This document shows positions 1-9,993 of a stretch of DNA of 64,000 bases, piece after piece. The position numbers were made by a program, and so were the translations under genes. The notes beneath the pieces are model-generated. The model saw nothing but the letters and a program-made list of their open reading frames with translations. It searched no databases and was not told where the DNA came from. Position 1 is the first letter of the stretch. Each line of letters starts with the position of its first letter. Origin of the DNA: Verrucomicrobiia bacterium (GTDB lineage Bacteria > Verrucomicrobiota > Verrucomicrobiia > Palsa-1439); the NCBI GenBank assembly GCA_052146795.1, contig JBKQMH010000024.1:2853-66852 (forward strand), written 5' to 3'.

Positions 1-1
1 T

Positions 2-775
2 TTTGTCACGGCGAACGCAGGCAACCTCGTTGTGGGTGGGGCATTTGTGAACCAGGGCACATTGGCGATGGCGAACAGCATGGGTACGTTCGCCGGCACG
101 GTTGTGAACAGCGGCGCATGGATCACGGACCCGACGACCAATATTTTCCAGAACACCTACACGCTCACCAGGAGCGGTTATATCCAGGCGAGCGCGGGTG
201 ACGTCTACATCTTCACGAACAATGGCAGCCAGGTGGCCAGCTTCGTGAACCAGAGCGCGCAATCGAACACCTTCAATACGGTGACCGCGAAGTTCGTCTT
301 CAATGCGACGCTGTCGCTGACGCAGACGATGTACGCCGCCGGCAGCAACATCGGCAATCTCGACGTCTCGGGCGGGTTCGACGCCGTGTTGGTCGGCGTG
401 GCGGCCACGAACGCGCTGTTCCAGTACCAGAACAACTTCGCGTTGGGCACCCTGGAGATCAGCAGCACGACGGAGGTGGCCGGCGCAGAGGTGGACGGCG
501 GCGTCGATCCCGGCGGGTTGCAATCCGCGTTGTTTGTGAATCAACTGGATCTCGATCCCGGCGCCCACCTCATCATCAGCAACGACGTCCAGATCTACTT
601 CATCTCGTCGAACACGTTCAGCTCCTCGCAGGTCACGCTGTTGGGCGACGCCGGTCTGCATCTGCTCACCAGTGACGCCAGCCTCGTCGTGCCCGAACCG
701 ACGGTTGTCCTGCTCTGGCTGAGCAGTATCGCCACGCTTTATGCAGCCCGCAAACGCGGCGCCGGCAAGAAGTAG
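2..775 (+). CDS. PEP-CTERM sorting-domain protein, 5' partial. It carries autotransporter-associated beta-strand repeats of the 'GGAFVNQGTL' type.
   Basis: The reading frame is open from the window edge. The C-terminus VPEPTVVLLWLSSIATLYAARKRGAGKK has the PEP motif, a hydrophobic helix and a basic tail. Confidence 0.8.
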   Translation, partial: FVTANAGNLVVGGAFVNQGTLAMANSMGTFAGTVVNSGAWITDPTTNIFQNTYTLTRSGYIQASAGDVYIFTNNGSQVASFVNQSAQSNTFNTVTAKFVFNATLSLTQTMYAAGSNIGNLDVSGGFDAVLVGVAATNALFQYQNNFALGTLEISSTTEVAGAEVDGGVDPGGLQSALFVNQLDLDPGAHLIISNDVQIYFISSNTFSSSQVTLLGDAGLHLLTSDASLVVPEPTVVLLWLSSIATLYAARKRGAGKK

Positions 776-826
776 GGCTGCATTTTCCTGTCGTGACAAG
801 CTTTGCTCGACGGGTAAACTGCAGCC

Positions 827-1513
827 ATGATTGATGGGCAGACCCCAAAGTGGATCGACCGGCTCGAACGCCTGATGCCGGGATTGGGAATCCCGAACCT
901 TGCCTTGTACCTCTGTGGGGCGCAGGGGCTTGGTTTCTTTCTGGTGCTGGCCAATCCGCGGGCGTTGTCGCTGCTGATTCTCGACCCAGATTCGGTGCTT
1001 CACGGTGAACTCTGGCGGCTCATCACCTTTCTGGCGGTGCCGCTGACACTCAGTCCATTGTGGATGGTGTTTGCGCTCTGGTTCCTGTACTTCATCATCA
1101 ACGGCATCGAGCAGGAGTGGGGAGAATTTCGGACGACGTTGTACGTGCTGGTTGCCGTGTTGCTCACCATTGCGTTTTCGTTTGTGTTTGGCTGCCGCAT
1201 TTGGAGCATAATCGAATTGCAATCAACTCTGTTTCTCGCGGCGGCCACGATTGCGCCCGAGTTTCAGATCCTTCTGTTCTTCATACTTCCCGTCAAAATG
1301 AAATGGTTGGCGTGGCTGTCGGTGGCATACATCATCTGGTCGCTGATTGTCGGTTCGTGGCTGGGGCGGTTGTACCTGCTGGTCATGTACGCCAATTATC
1401 TATTGTTTTTCGGGCCGTATTTCGTGGACCGGGTCAAAGCGTTTCGTCGTCGCCGGAAGTTTCAACATGACGTGGCGGCAGGAAGGGGTTCAGAGGAAGA
1501 GACGCCCGAATGA
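827..1513 (+). CDS. Hypothetical polytopic integral membrane protein.
   Basis: ATG ORF of 228 aa with about 5-6 hydrophobic segments. It is 4-nt coupled (ATGA) to the downstream aldo/keto reductase. I recognise no family motif. Confidence 0.4.
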   Translation: MIDGQTPKWIDRLERLMPGLGIPNLALYLCGAQGLGFFLVLANPRALSLLILDPDSVLHGELWRLITFLAVPLTLSPLWMVFALWFLYFIINGIEQEWGEFRTTLYVLVAVLLTIAFSFVFGCRIWSIIELQSTLFLAAATIAPEFQILLFFILPVKMKWLAWLSVAYIIWSLIVGSWLGRLYLLVMYANYLLFFGPYFVDRVKAFRRRRKFQHDVAAGRGSEEETPE

Positions 1514-2709
1514 CCACCCCGATGAAATACCGCCGGTTCGGGCGCACGAACCTGCAGATTCCGGTCATTTCTTGCGGCGGCATGCGCTACCAGCATTCCT
1601 GGAAAGACGAAGAGGCCGGTGGGAACACTCCCGAGGGCCAGGCCAACCTCGAAGCCACCATCCAGCGGGCGCTGGAATTGGGTATCAACCATATCGAAAC
1701 GGCGCGCGGGTACGGCACCTCGGAGGTGCAATTGGGACGAATTCTCCCACGATTGCCGCGGGAGAGGATGATCGTGCAAACCAAGGTCAGCCCGCGCGCG
1801 GACACCAGGGAATTTCTGGCCACGTTCGACCAGTCGATGAAGAACCTGCAACTGGATTACGTCGACTTCCTGGGCATCCACGGCATCAACAACGAGGAAC
1901 TCCTCGAATTTACGTTGCGTCGCGGCGGATGTCTGGAGGTCGCGCGGCAACTCCAGAAGGACGGGCGCGTCCGGTTCATCGGGTTCTCCACGCACGCAGT
2001 GCCGCGGGTAATCGCGAGGGCCATCGAGTCGGACGAATTCGACTACGTGAACCTGCATTGGTACTTTGTGAACCCGCTGAATTGGCCGTCGGTGCTGGCG
2101 GCCACGAAACACGACATGGGCGTGTTCATCATCAGCCCGAACGACAAGGGCGGGAAGTTGCAGGACCGGCCGACGAAGATGGCGGAGTTGTGCGCGCCGC
2201 TGACGCCGATGCAGTTCAATGATTTGTATTGCCTAGCCCGGCCCGAGGTGCACACGCTCAGTTGCGGCGCGTCACGCCCGACGGATTTTGACGAACACGT
2301 CGCCGCGCTGGAGTTTTGCGACCGCGCCGCCGAGGCGACCGCGCCGATTGAACGGCGGCTGCGCGCGGAGATGGAACGCGAACTCGGGGCGGATTGGTGC
2401 GCGCATTGGACCGAGGGCTTGCCGGAGTTTACCGAAGCGCCGAACCAAGTGAACATCATCGAGATCACGCGGTTGTGGATGTACGCGAAATCGCTCGGCC
2501 TCGTCGAGTGGGGCAAGATGCGTTATAACCTGCTCAGCGGCAACGGCGGGCACTGGTTCCCCGGCGAAATGGCCAACAAGGTGGAAGACGAACGCCAATT
2601 GCTGACGGCGATTGCGAAGAGCCCGTTTGCGGCGCGGATTCCACAGATCCTGCGGGAAGCGCACGCGATGCTGTACGCCGAGCCCAAGAAGCGCCTGAGC
2701 CAGAGCTGA
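1510..2709 (+). CDS. Aldo/keto reductase family oxidoreductase.
   Basis: 399-aa ORF with AKR motifs ([15 protein letters not shown]; a Y..K dyad context). Confidence 0.85.
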   Translation: MTTPMKYRRFGRTNLQIPVISCGGMRYQHSWKDEEAGGNTPEGQANLEATIQRALELGINHIETARGYGTSEVQLGRILPRLPRERMIVQTKVSPRADTREFLATFDQSMKNLQLDYVDFLGIHGINNEELLEFTLRRGGCLEVARQLQKDGRVRFIGFSTHAVPRVIARAIESDEFDYVNLHWYFVNPLNWPSVLAATKHDMGVFIISPNDKGGKLQDRPTKMAELCAPLTPMQFNDLYCLARPEVHTLSCGASRPTDFDEHVAALEFCDRAAEATAPIERRLRAEMERELGADWCAHWTEGLPEFTEAPNQVNIIEITRLWMYAKSLGLVEWGKMRYNLLSGNGGHWFPGEMANKVEDERQLLTAIAKSPFAARIPQILREAHAMLYAEPKKRLSQS

Positions 2710-2719
2710 GATCGCGAAG

Positions 2720-3535
2720 TTACGAAGCCAGCGGAATCCCGTTTTCTTTTGCCACCTTGCGCAAGGCTTCTACCGCGACGCCGAAAAGAGTGGGTCCCGA
2801 GAAGCCCGAGAATTGACCGGCGGCGGCGAGGTGAGGTTCGAAGCTCAAGAGTCCGCGATAGCCGCTGGCGTAAGCGTCCTTGAGGATTTCGCCGATGTGC
2901 CCGTCGCCTTCGCCCGCGGGCACGACCTTGCCGCTGCCATTCAGGGCGTCCTTCACGTGAATGTGGACCGTGTACGGCTTAAGCAGCGGCCAGTTATCGA
3001 GCGGATTATCTCCCGCCTGGATGAAGTTGGCGAAATCGAAGGCGGCACGAAGCTTGGGCGTGTCGATGCTTCGGTGCAGATCGAGACAGGCCGGGCCGCG
3101 CTCGCCGTAAATGTCCTTTTCGTTTTCGTGGACGAGCGCCGGTCGGTATTTCAGGATGTACTCCACTTTCTTTTGCAGGCGGCGGATCACTTCCTTGCGG
3201 CCATGGGGGAACGCTTCGTAGTAACTGAAAATGCGGACGAACGGCGCATCGAAGAACTCGGCCAACTCGACGGCGATCTTGAACCGTTCGAAGTGGGGCT
3301 CGAACGGCTCGCTGAGCTTCACTTTCCCGATGGGGGAACCGATGCCGATGACGGCGAGGCCGTTGTCGGCGAGCTTGCGTTTGATCTCCGCGCGCATCGA
3401 TTTGTCGAAATTGAGGACGTTCTTGCCGGCGACGCCGCGCAATTCAATGTGCGTCACGCCGTGTTTCTTGCAGGTCGCAATCTGGACATCGAGGTCGGGT
3501 GAGATTTCGTCGGCGAACGCCGCTAGCCGGAGCAT
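2720..3535 (-). CDS. Sugar phosphate isomerase/epimerase (xylose isomerase-like TIM barrel).
   Basis: Internal ATG (MLRLAAFADEISPDLD...) chosen over the upstream extension. It overlaps the next gene by 13 nt. Sequence character is TIM-barrel family. Confidence 0.65.
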   Translation of the reverse strand: MLRLAAFADEISPDLDVQIATCKKHGVTHIELRGVAGKNVLNFDKSMRAEIKRKLADNGLAVIGIGSPIGKVKLSEPFEPHFERFKIAVELAEFFDAPFVRIFSYYEAFPHGRKEVIRRLQKKVEYILKYRPALVHENEKDIYGERGPACLDLHRSIDTPKLRAAFDFANFIQAGDNPLDNWPLLKPYTVHIHVKDALNGSGKVVPAGEGDGHIGEILKDAYASGYRGLLSFEPHLAAAGQFSGFSGPTLFGVAVEALRKVAKENGIPLAS

Positions 3536-4296
3536 ATGTGGTCTCGCGTGTATTCGAAACTTTGCTTCAAGGAAACGAACGGGTCGCCGGGGCAGGTATC
3601 CTGCTCGATGCAGAACCACTGACAACCGGCGGCTTCAGCGGCCGGGATAATCCGCGTCCAATCGAGATTGCCGTTGCCGATTTCGGCGAAGGTCACTTTG
3701 TTTTCGGTCGTCACGGTGTAATCCTTCATGTGCAGGATGGGCAACCGGTTCTTGAGGCGCTTGCACCACGCCACCGGGTCACCGCCGCCGTGCTGGACCC
3801 AGTACGTGTCGGGTTCGCCCTGCAGGTAACGCGGATCGGTTTCCTCGAAGAGGATTTCAAGGATGGGTTTGCCGGCGAGGCGACGAAACTCGATGTGATG
3901 GTTGTGGTAACAAAGCACCTGACCAGCATCATGCAACACTTTGCCTGCCGCATTGAGTCGCTTCGCAAATGATTTCACGTCGGGCAGTGTATCGAACTTG
4001 ATTCCCGCGGGCCAGGCGTAAGCGGTGAGCGCGCAACCGAGTTTCTGGAGGTGTTCGACAACGCGTCGCGGTTCGTTAAGAATCAGGTCGCTGTCCTCAT
4101 GCGTGGCGCAACACGTCAGGCCTTCGCCGTTGAGCAGCGCGACCAGTTCGCTATCGGAAATCGGCCCGAGACCGCTGAGCTGGACGGCCTGATAGCCGAT
4201 GGCGCGGATTTTTTTCAGGGTTTGCGCGATTTCGGCCGGTGTTTTGGCGAAATCGCGGACGGTGTACAATTGTGCGGCGACTTGTTTGATTTTCAT
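3523..4296 (-). CDS. Sugar phosphate isomerase/epimerase (xylose isomerase-like TIM barrel), second paralog.
   Basis: 257-aa ORF MKIKQVAAQLYTVRDF.... ATGA overlap with the upstream Gfo/Idh/MocA gene. Confidence 0.7.
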   Translation of the reverse strand: MKIKQVAAQLYTVRDFAKTPAEIAQTLKKIRAIGYQAVQLSGLGPISDSELVALLNGEGLTCCATHEDSDLILNEPRRVVEHLQKLGCALTAYAWPAGIKFDTLPDVKSFAKRLNAAGKVLHDAGQVLCYHNHHIEFRRLAGKPILEILFEETDPRYLQGEPDTYWVQHGGGDPVAWCKRLKNRLPILHMKDYTVTTENKVTFAEIGNGNLDWTRIIPAAEAAGCQWFCIEQDTCPGDPFVSLKQSFEYTRDHICSG

Positions 4297-5453
4297 CGAT
4301 GGAAAGAACCGGCGAGATCGTCGGTGACGGTACCATGCTTGCGCGGCGCACCCTTTTTGAAGCGCGACGCGGGGAATTTTTCCTGGAGGTGCTTCTCGTA
4401 AGCGGCGGCGTCCAGCGGCAGATCGACAGTTTGGTTACGGGCGGAAGAAAAGAGGATGGCATTGGCAAGCTCCACGGAATGAACGCCTTCCGGGGCTGGC
4501 GCGATCAACGGTTTGCCGTCGAGGATGGCATCGACAAAATTCTGGAGCACTTCGACGTGCTGACCGCCGTGGTCGGGAAAGGTGAGCTTCTCTTCTTTTG
4601 TGGCCGGGACAGCAAACGGCTTGCTGGCGGCGCGGCTGAACTCGGTCATGGGCGTTTCATTTTTCGTGAACAAGAGGACATCGTTTTCGAACACGAGCCG
4701 TCCGTTCTCGGCGGCGACTTCGAGGCGGTTGGTGCCGGGGGCTTCGCCCGTGGAGGCGATGAACACGGCGGTCGCGCCATCGGCGTATTCGAAGTACGCG
4801 GTCACGTCGTCCTCGACCTCGATATCGTGATAGCGGCCGAATCGGCAGAACCCGCGGACGCGGTTGGGCATGCCGAAGAGCCACTGGAACAGGTCGAGAT
4901 TGTGCGGGCATTGATTGAGGAGCACGCCGCCGCCTTCGCCGGCCCACGTGGCGCGCCAGGCGCCGAGCTTGTAATACGCCTCGGCGCGGAACCAATTCGT
5001 GATGATCCAGTTCACGCGTCGGATGGGGCCGAGCTCGCCGTGTTGGATGAGTTCGCGCACCTTTCGGTAATAGGGATCGGTGCGTTGATTGAACATGGCG
5101 GCGAAGACCTGTTTCGGGTTGTGATGCGCGGCGATGAGGCGTTCGCAATCCGCTTTGTGGACGGAAATCGGTTTCTCCACGAGCACATGCAGGCCGCGTT
5201 GCAAAGCATCGATGCCAATGGTGGTGTGATCGTAGTGCGGGGTGGCGATGAGCACGGCATCGACGGCGCCGGACCGAACCAACTCGTCGCTGCGGGTGAA
5301 ACCTTTGGCCTTCGGGAAGCGGGCGAATTTTTCCGGGGCAGGATCGCACACGGCGGTGAGTTCGCAGCGGTGGACGGCGCCGGACGATATTTTGTCGGCG
5401 TGTCCCGAACCCATGTTGCCAAGGCCGATAATTCCCAATCGAACGGATTTCAT
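4293..5453 (-). CDS. Gfo/Idh/MocA family NAD(P)-dependent oxidoreductase.
   Basis: N-terminal Rossmann segment MKSVRLGIIGLGNMGSGHA. 386 aa. First gene of a three-gene minus-strand operon. Confidence 0.85.
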   Translation of the reverse strand: MKSVRLGIIGLGNMGSGHADKISSGAVHRCELTAVCDPAPEKFARFPKAKGFTRSDELVRSGAVDAVLIATPHYDHTTIGIDALQRGLHVLVEKPISVHKADCERLIAAHHNPKQVFAAMFNQRTDPYYRKVRELIQHGELGPIRRVNWIITNWFRAEAYYKLGAWRATWAGEGGGVLLNQCPHNLDLFQWLFGMPNRVRGFCRFGRYHDIEVEDDVTAYFEYADGATAVFIASTGEAPGTNRLEVAAENGRLVFENDVLLFTKNETPMTEFSRAASKPFAVPATKEEKLTFPDHGGQHVEVLQNFVDAILDGKPLIAPAPEGVHSVELANAILFSSARNQTVDLPLDAAAYEKHLQEKFPASRFKKGAPRKHGTVTDDLAGSFHR

Positions 5454-5615
5454 TGTGCTCGCAGTTGCGCCCCTCCTTCATCCTATGCCACCGGCGGCGC
5501 GTCAAGCGTGTTTTCCCCGAGGCGGCTCCAATTGTTCGCCCTCACGAGTTGGCCAAGCGTGTGAAGCGTAGGAGCCTGCTTTACGGGGGCTCGTTTCGCG
5601 GCTACTCTCACGCTC

Positions 5616-6545
5616 GTGGACAACATTGCGCATGGGTTGACGGGGGCGTTGATCGGGTACTGCGGGTTTCGGCAGCGCGGGGGGAGCGAATCGGGCCGCG
5701 CGGCGCTGTGGACGTGCGTTGCGGCAGCGGAATTTCCCGACATCGATATCCTGACGGCATTCTTCGGGCGCGACACCTATTTTCGCTGGCATCGAAGTTT
5801 CACGCATTCGGCGATCCTGTTGCCGGTGTGGGCGGCGTTGGTGGCGTGGATGTTTTGGTTGATCTGGGACCGGAAGAACTACCGATTGTTATGGTGGGCG
5901 GCGGTGGCGGGGATCGCGTCGCATTTGTTGATGGATTGGCTGACGAACTACGGGACCGAATTGTTCTGGCCGTTGACCGACGCGCGGTTGGCGCTGAACT
6001 GGGTGTTTATCGTGGACGTGTACGTGTGGGGCCTGCTGCTGATCGGGACGGTGGCGGCGGTGTGGACGCAGCGCGCGTGGGTGGCGAGAGGGGCGTTGGG
6101 AGTGGTCGGGGCCTACTTTCTGTTTTGCGGAGCGTCGCGGGCGTACGCGCTGCGCGCGTACGAGGCCGGGCTGGTGACGGGAAGAACCGATGCGTTTCCT
6201 TTGCCGATGGACCCGCTGCATTGGACGATCGTGCGTGATGACGGCGTGGCGGACCATTGGACGGACGGCTCGCGCAACGACACCTTCATGCAGTTTCACG
6301 ACGACAAACTGTTGCCGAAGGCGGAGGCCACGGAAGCGGTGAAGCTGTTTCGGTGGTTCGCGGTGTTTCCGCTCGTGGAGAAAATGGAGGAGAACGGTCA
6401 CATGGTGTTGCGCTATCGCGATCTGCGGTTTCGTTCGGGGATGCCGCGGGGCGCAGTGGGAGAGGGGATGTTCGTCATCGCGAAGGTGGTGTTTGACGAC
6501 CAGGGGAACGTCGTGTGGGCCGGGCTGACGAATGGAAGGAATTGA
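5616..6545 (+). CDS. Membrane-bound metal-dependent hydrolase of the YdjM/DUF457 type.
   Basis: GTG start. N-terminus DNIAHGLTGALIG is typical of the YdjM family. Several transmembrane helices. Confidence 0.55.
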   Translation: MDNIAHGLTGALIGYCGFRQRGGSESGRAALWTCVAAAEFPDIDILTAFFGRDTYFRWHRSFTHSAILLPVWAALVAWMFWLIWDRKNYRLLWWAAVAGIASHLLMDWLTNYGTELFWPLTDARLALNWVFIVDVYVWGLLLIGTVAAVWTQRAWVARGALGVVGAYFLFCGASRAYALRAYEAGLVTGRTDAFPLPMDPLHWTIVRDDGVADHWTDGSRNDTFMQFHDDKLLPKAEATEAVKLFRWFAVFPLVEKMEENGHMVLRYRDLRFRSGMPRGAVGEGMFVIAKVVFDDQGNVVWAGLTNGRN

Positions 6546-6644
6546 TGGGCTCTTACCTCAGGCGCTCCGTTCATCAAATGTGGTTGACGAAGTCCGGGCG
6601 GGAAAGGATGATGAATTTGCGATTTGGTTTGGAGAAGCCTCTGG

Positions 6645-7736
6645 ATGGCCGCGGATTCTAGCAAACGAAGGATTCTCGTGACGGGGTCGAATGGACTGAT
6701 CGGGTCAGAGGTCTGTCTGTACTTCGCGACGCGAGGGTTTGACGTGTCCGGCGTCGACAACAACCAACGGGCGGTCTTTTTTGGTCCGCAAGGGGACACG
6801 CGCTGGAACCAAAGCCGCCTCCAGAAAGCGATCCACGATTTCCATCATTACGAAGTGGACGTGCGGGACCGGGATCGCATCGAACAGACAGTCAAGGATG
6901 TTTCTCCCCAGTTGATCGTGCACGCGGCGGCACAACCGTCGCACGACCTGGCGGCTTCCATGCCGTTCGCGGATTTCGACACCAATGCCGTCGGCACGTT
7001 GAACATGCTGGAGGCCGCGCGGCGGCACTGTCCGGAATCGCCGTTCGTCTATCTATCGACCAACAAGGTTTACGGAGACGGACCCAACACGATTCGGCTG
7101 AAGGAACTCGACACGCGCTGGGATTACGATGACCCCCGGTTTGTGGACGGGATTCCGGAGTCATTCGGTGTGGATCAGGTATTGCACTCGCTGTTTGGGG
7201 CGTCGAAACTGGCGGCCGATACGCTGGTTCAGGAATACGGGCGGTACTTCAAAATGCCGACGTGCTGTTTGCGAGGGGGCTGCCTGACCGGGCCCAACCA
7301 TTCCGGAGTGGAACTGCACGGGTTTCTCAGCTATCTGATCAAATGCAACTTCGAGGGCAAGCCCTACAAGATTTACGGCTACAAGGGCAAACAGGTTCGC
7401 GATAACATCCACTCGGAAGATGTGGCCGCGTTCATCCACGAGTTCTATTTGCGGCCGCGTTATGCCGAGGTCTACAACATCGGCGGTGGTGGTGGGAACT
7501 CGTGCTCGATACTCGAAGCGTTTGCGATGGTGGAGCAACTGAGCGGAAAGAAACAGGTTTACGAATACGTCGATCAGAACCGTATCGGAGACCACATCTG
7601 CTACTATAGTGACCTGCGCAAGATGAAGGAACATTATCCGTCATGGTCGATCACCAAGACCCTGCCGCAGATATTCGATGAGATCGCGGCCTCCTGGAGT
7701 CGACGGCTGGCTGATGGAGCTGTGGATGGCGGCTAA
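6645..7736 (+). CDS. NAD-dependent epimerase/dehydratase (extended SDR).
   Basis: [14 protein letters not shown] Rossmann motif. ATG at 6645. A TTG at 6624 is an alternative start. Confidence 0.8.
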   Translation: MAADSSKRRILVTGSNGLIGSEVCLYFATRGFDVSGVDNNQRAVFFGPQGDTRWNQSRLQKAIHDFHHYEVDVRDRDRIEQTVKDVSPQLIVHAAAQPSHDLAASMPFADFDTNAVGTLNMLEAARRHCPESPFVYLSTNKVYGDGPNTIRLKELDTRWDYDDPRFVDGIPESFGVDQVLHSLFGASKLAADTLVQEYGRYFKMPTCCLRGGCLTGPNHSGVELHGFLSYLIKCNFEGKPYKIYGYKGKQVRDNIHSEDVAAFIHEFYLRPRYAEVYNIGGGGGNSCSILEAFAMVEQLSGKKQVYEYVDQNRIGDHICYYSDLRKMKEHYPSWSITKTLPQIFDEIAASWSRRLADGAVDGG

Positions 7737-7765
7737 TCCATGACGAAAATGGCACTGGGAGGACC

Positions 7766-8836
7766 ATGAAGATACTGATCACCGGAATTTGCGGTTTTGC
7801 CGGGAGCACGATTGCAGAGGAATTGGCGAGGCGGTCAGCGGGCTACCAGTTGTTTGGGTTGGATAACCTGAGCCGGGCCGGGAGCGAGGTCAATTTGCCC
7901 CGCCTGAAGAGATGCGGAGTGCGGTTTTTCCCCGGCGATGTCCGTAACGCCAGCGATCTGGAATCTCTGCCGACGGTCGATTGGGTCATCGACGCCGCGG
8001 CAAACCCGAGCGTGCTCGCCGGCATCACCGGGCAGGTGAGCAGCCGCCAGCTCGTCGAGCATAATCTATCGGGGACCATCAACGTGCTCGAATACTGCAA
8101 GCGTTCCGCCGGTGGGCTGGTGTTGCTCAGCACGAGCCGCGTGTATTCGATTGCGGCGCTGGCGAGCGCACCGATGGACGTGGTGAAGGACGGCTTTGTA
8201 CCCCGGCAACGCGAGATCAAGCTACCGGGCTGGACCGACCGGGGAATCAATGAAGACTTTTCCACACAACCTCCCTTGTCCTTGTACGGCTGCTCGAAAC
8301 TCGCATCGGAACTTCTGGCGTTGGAGTACGGAGCGGCGTTTGGATTGCCCGTGTACATCAATCGTTGCGGGGTCCTGGCCGGCGCGGGCCAATTTGGGAA
8401 GCCGGACCAGGGAATTTTTTCATTCTGGATTCATTCTTATTGCCAGAAACGGCCGCTCCAGTACATCGGTTTTGGCGGACGCGGCCATCAAGTGCGCGAT
8501 TGCCTGCATCCGCGCGATCTCGTGCCGCTATTGCACGATCAAATGCAGAGTTCGGGCAAACTGGCCGGGCAGATCATCAATTTGAGCGGGGGAATCGCGA
8601 GCGGCATGTCGCTGGCGCAATTGAGCCAATGGTGCCTTCAGCGGTTTGGTCCGCACACGGTGGGAAGCGACAGCGCCCAGAGACCGTTCGATGTTCCCTG
8701 GATCGTGCTGGATTCGTCCCGCGCGGAGCGCCTGTGGGGCTGGCGTGTGGTGACGCCTGTGGGGCAGATATTGGACGAGATCGCCGAGCATGCGGTGGCG
8801 CACCCCGAATGGTTGGACTTGTCGAGCAGCGCATGA
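7766..8836 (+). CDS. NAD-dependent epimerase/dehydratase (extended SDR), second paralog.
   Basis: MKILITGICGFAGSTIAEEL with a YGCSK catalytic dyad. A GGGAGG Shine-Dalgarno sequence lies upstream. Confidence 0.8.
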   Translation: MKILITGICGFAGSTIAEELARRSAGYQLFGLDNLSRAGSEVNLPRLKRCGVRFFPGDVRNASDLESLPTVDWVIDAAANPSVLAGITGQVSSRQLVEHNLSGTINVLEYCKRSAGGLVLLSTSRVYSIAALASAPMDVVKDGFVPRQREIKLPGWTDRGINEDFSTQPPLSLYGCSKLASELLALEYGAAFGLPVYINRCGVLAGAGQFGKPDQGIFSFWIHSYCQKRPLQYIGFGGRGHQVRDCLHPRDLVPLLHDQMQSSGKLAGQIINLSGGIASGMSLAQLSQWCLQRFGPHTVGSDSAQRPFDVPWIVLDSSRAERLWGWRVVTPVGQILDEIAEHAVAHPEWLDLSSSA

Positions 8837-9612
8837 CCGAACCAACTCCAACGGCACCGCCCTTGTCATTGCTGTCCGTGGTGATCCCCGCGCGGAATGA
8901 GGAGGGCTGCATTTCCTCGACGGTGGAACACCTGTACGTGGAGTTGCGTCTTCACGATGTGCCGCATCAGATCATCGTGGTGGATGACGGGAGCAGCGAC
9001 AAAACATGGTCGCTGCTGGTGGAACTTCAAAAGCGAGTTCCGACTCTGAGCCCGGTCCAAAACTTGGGGCCGAACGGGTTTGGCAGGGCCGTCATTTGCG
9101 GACTGGACGCGATGCGAGGCGACGCGGTGGTGATCATGATGGCTGACGAGTCGGATGACTGTCGGGATGTCGTGCGGTATTGGGTGGAATTGAACAAGGG
9201 GTTCGATTGCGTATTTGGCAGCCGGTTCATCAAGGGCGGCGGGGTGATCGACTATCCACGACACAAGCTTGTGTTGAATCGTCTGGCCAATCTGTTTCTG
9301 CGGATCCTATTTCGCATCCGGCTCAACGACACCACGAATGCCTTCAAAGCGTATCGCAAAGAGGTAATCGCGGGCTGTCGTCCACTGATTTCCCCGCACT
9401 TCAACCTGACGGTGGAGCTTCCATTGAAGGCGATCGTGCGCGGCTACACGTGGACGGTCATTCCGATCACGTGGCGCAATCGCCGTACGGGCGAGGCCAA
9501 GCTCAAGATCAAGGAGATGGGTAGTCGCTACCTGTTTGTGTGCCTGTACGTGTGGCTGGAAAAGTACTTCAGCCGCGGCGACTACCGGAAGCGAGGAAAG
9601 GATAAGGCGTAA
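8833..9612 (+). CDS. GT2 glycosyltransferase of the DPM1/GtrB type (polyprenyl-phosphate sugar synthase-like), soluble.
   Basis: ATG overlaps the previous stop (ATGA). Motifs: SVVIPARNEE, VVDDGSSD, TNAFKAYRKEV (resembles the TSGFRLYRR motif of Dpm1/GtrB). Confidence 0.75.
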   Translation: MTEPTPTAPPLSLLSVVIPARNEEGCISSTVEHLYVELRLHDVPHQIIVVDDGSSDKTWSLLVELQKRVPTLSPVQNLGPNGFGRAVICGLDAMRGDAVVIMMADESDDCRDVVRYWVELNKGFDCVFGSRFIKGGGVIDYPRHKLVLNRLANLFLRILFRIRLNDTTNAFKAYRKEVIAGCRPLISPHFNLTVELPLKAIVRGYTWTVIPITWRNRRTGEAKLKIKEMGSRYLFVCLYVWLEKYFSRGDYRKRGKDKA

Positions 9613-9993
9613 CGGCGGATTTGGGGAGCAAGTGGAGCATTGCGTCCAAGACTTCCTGGAGATTTTTGCGGCGGATCACGAAGCTTCAATTTTGGCGCAC
9701 GGAATGCTGCATTCTGCAACGCATGAGATGTTCTCTCCAACATTTGATGGAATTGTGAATCAATTCAGACGCCCGCATACCGAGGAAAACACCAAGCCCG
9801 TAATAAAATCGCCCGCCCTGACTCGCGCACGAGTCCGGTCGTGGACGACGATGCTGCGTTACTGTATGGTGTGAGCCTGGACTTGCATACATGTCGCTCC
9901 AACGTGGTGACGGCATCCTCCGGTGTCGACGGCCTGAACAGGCTCATCCCCGCCAACCCGGAAGAGTACCCGTTCGCGCCGCAACGGGCCACG

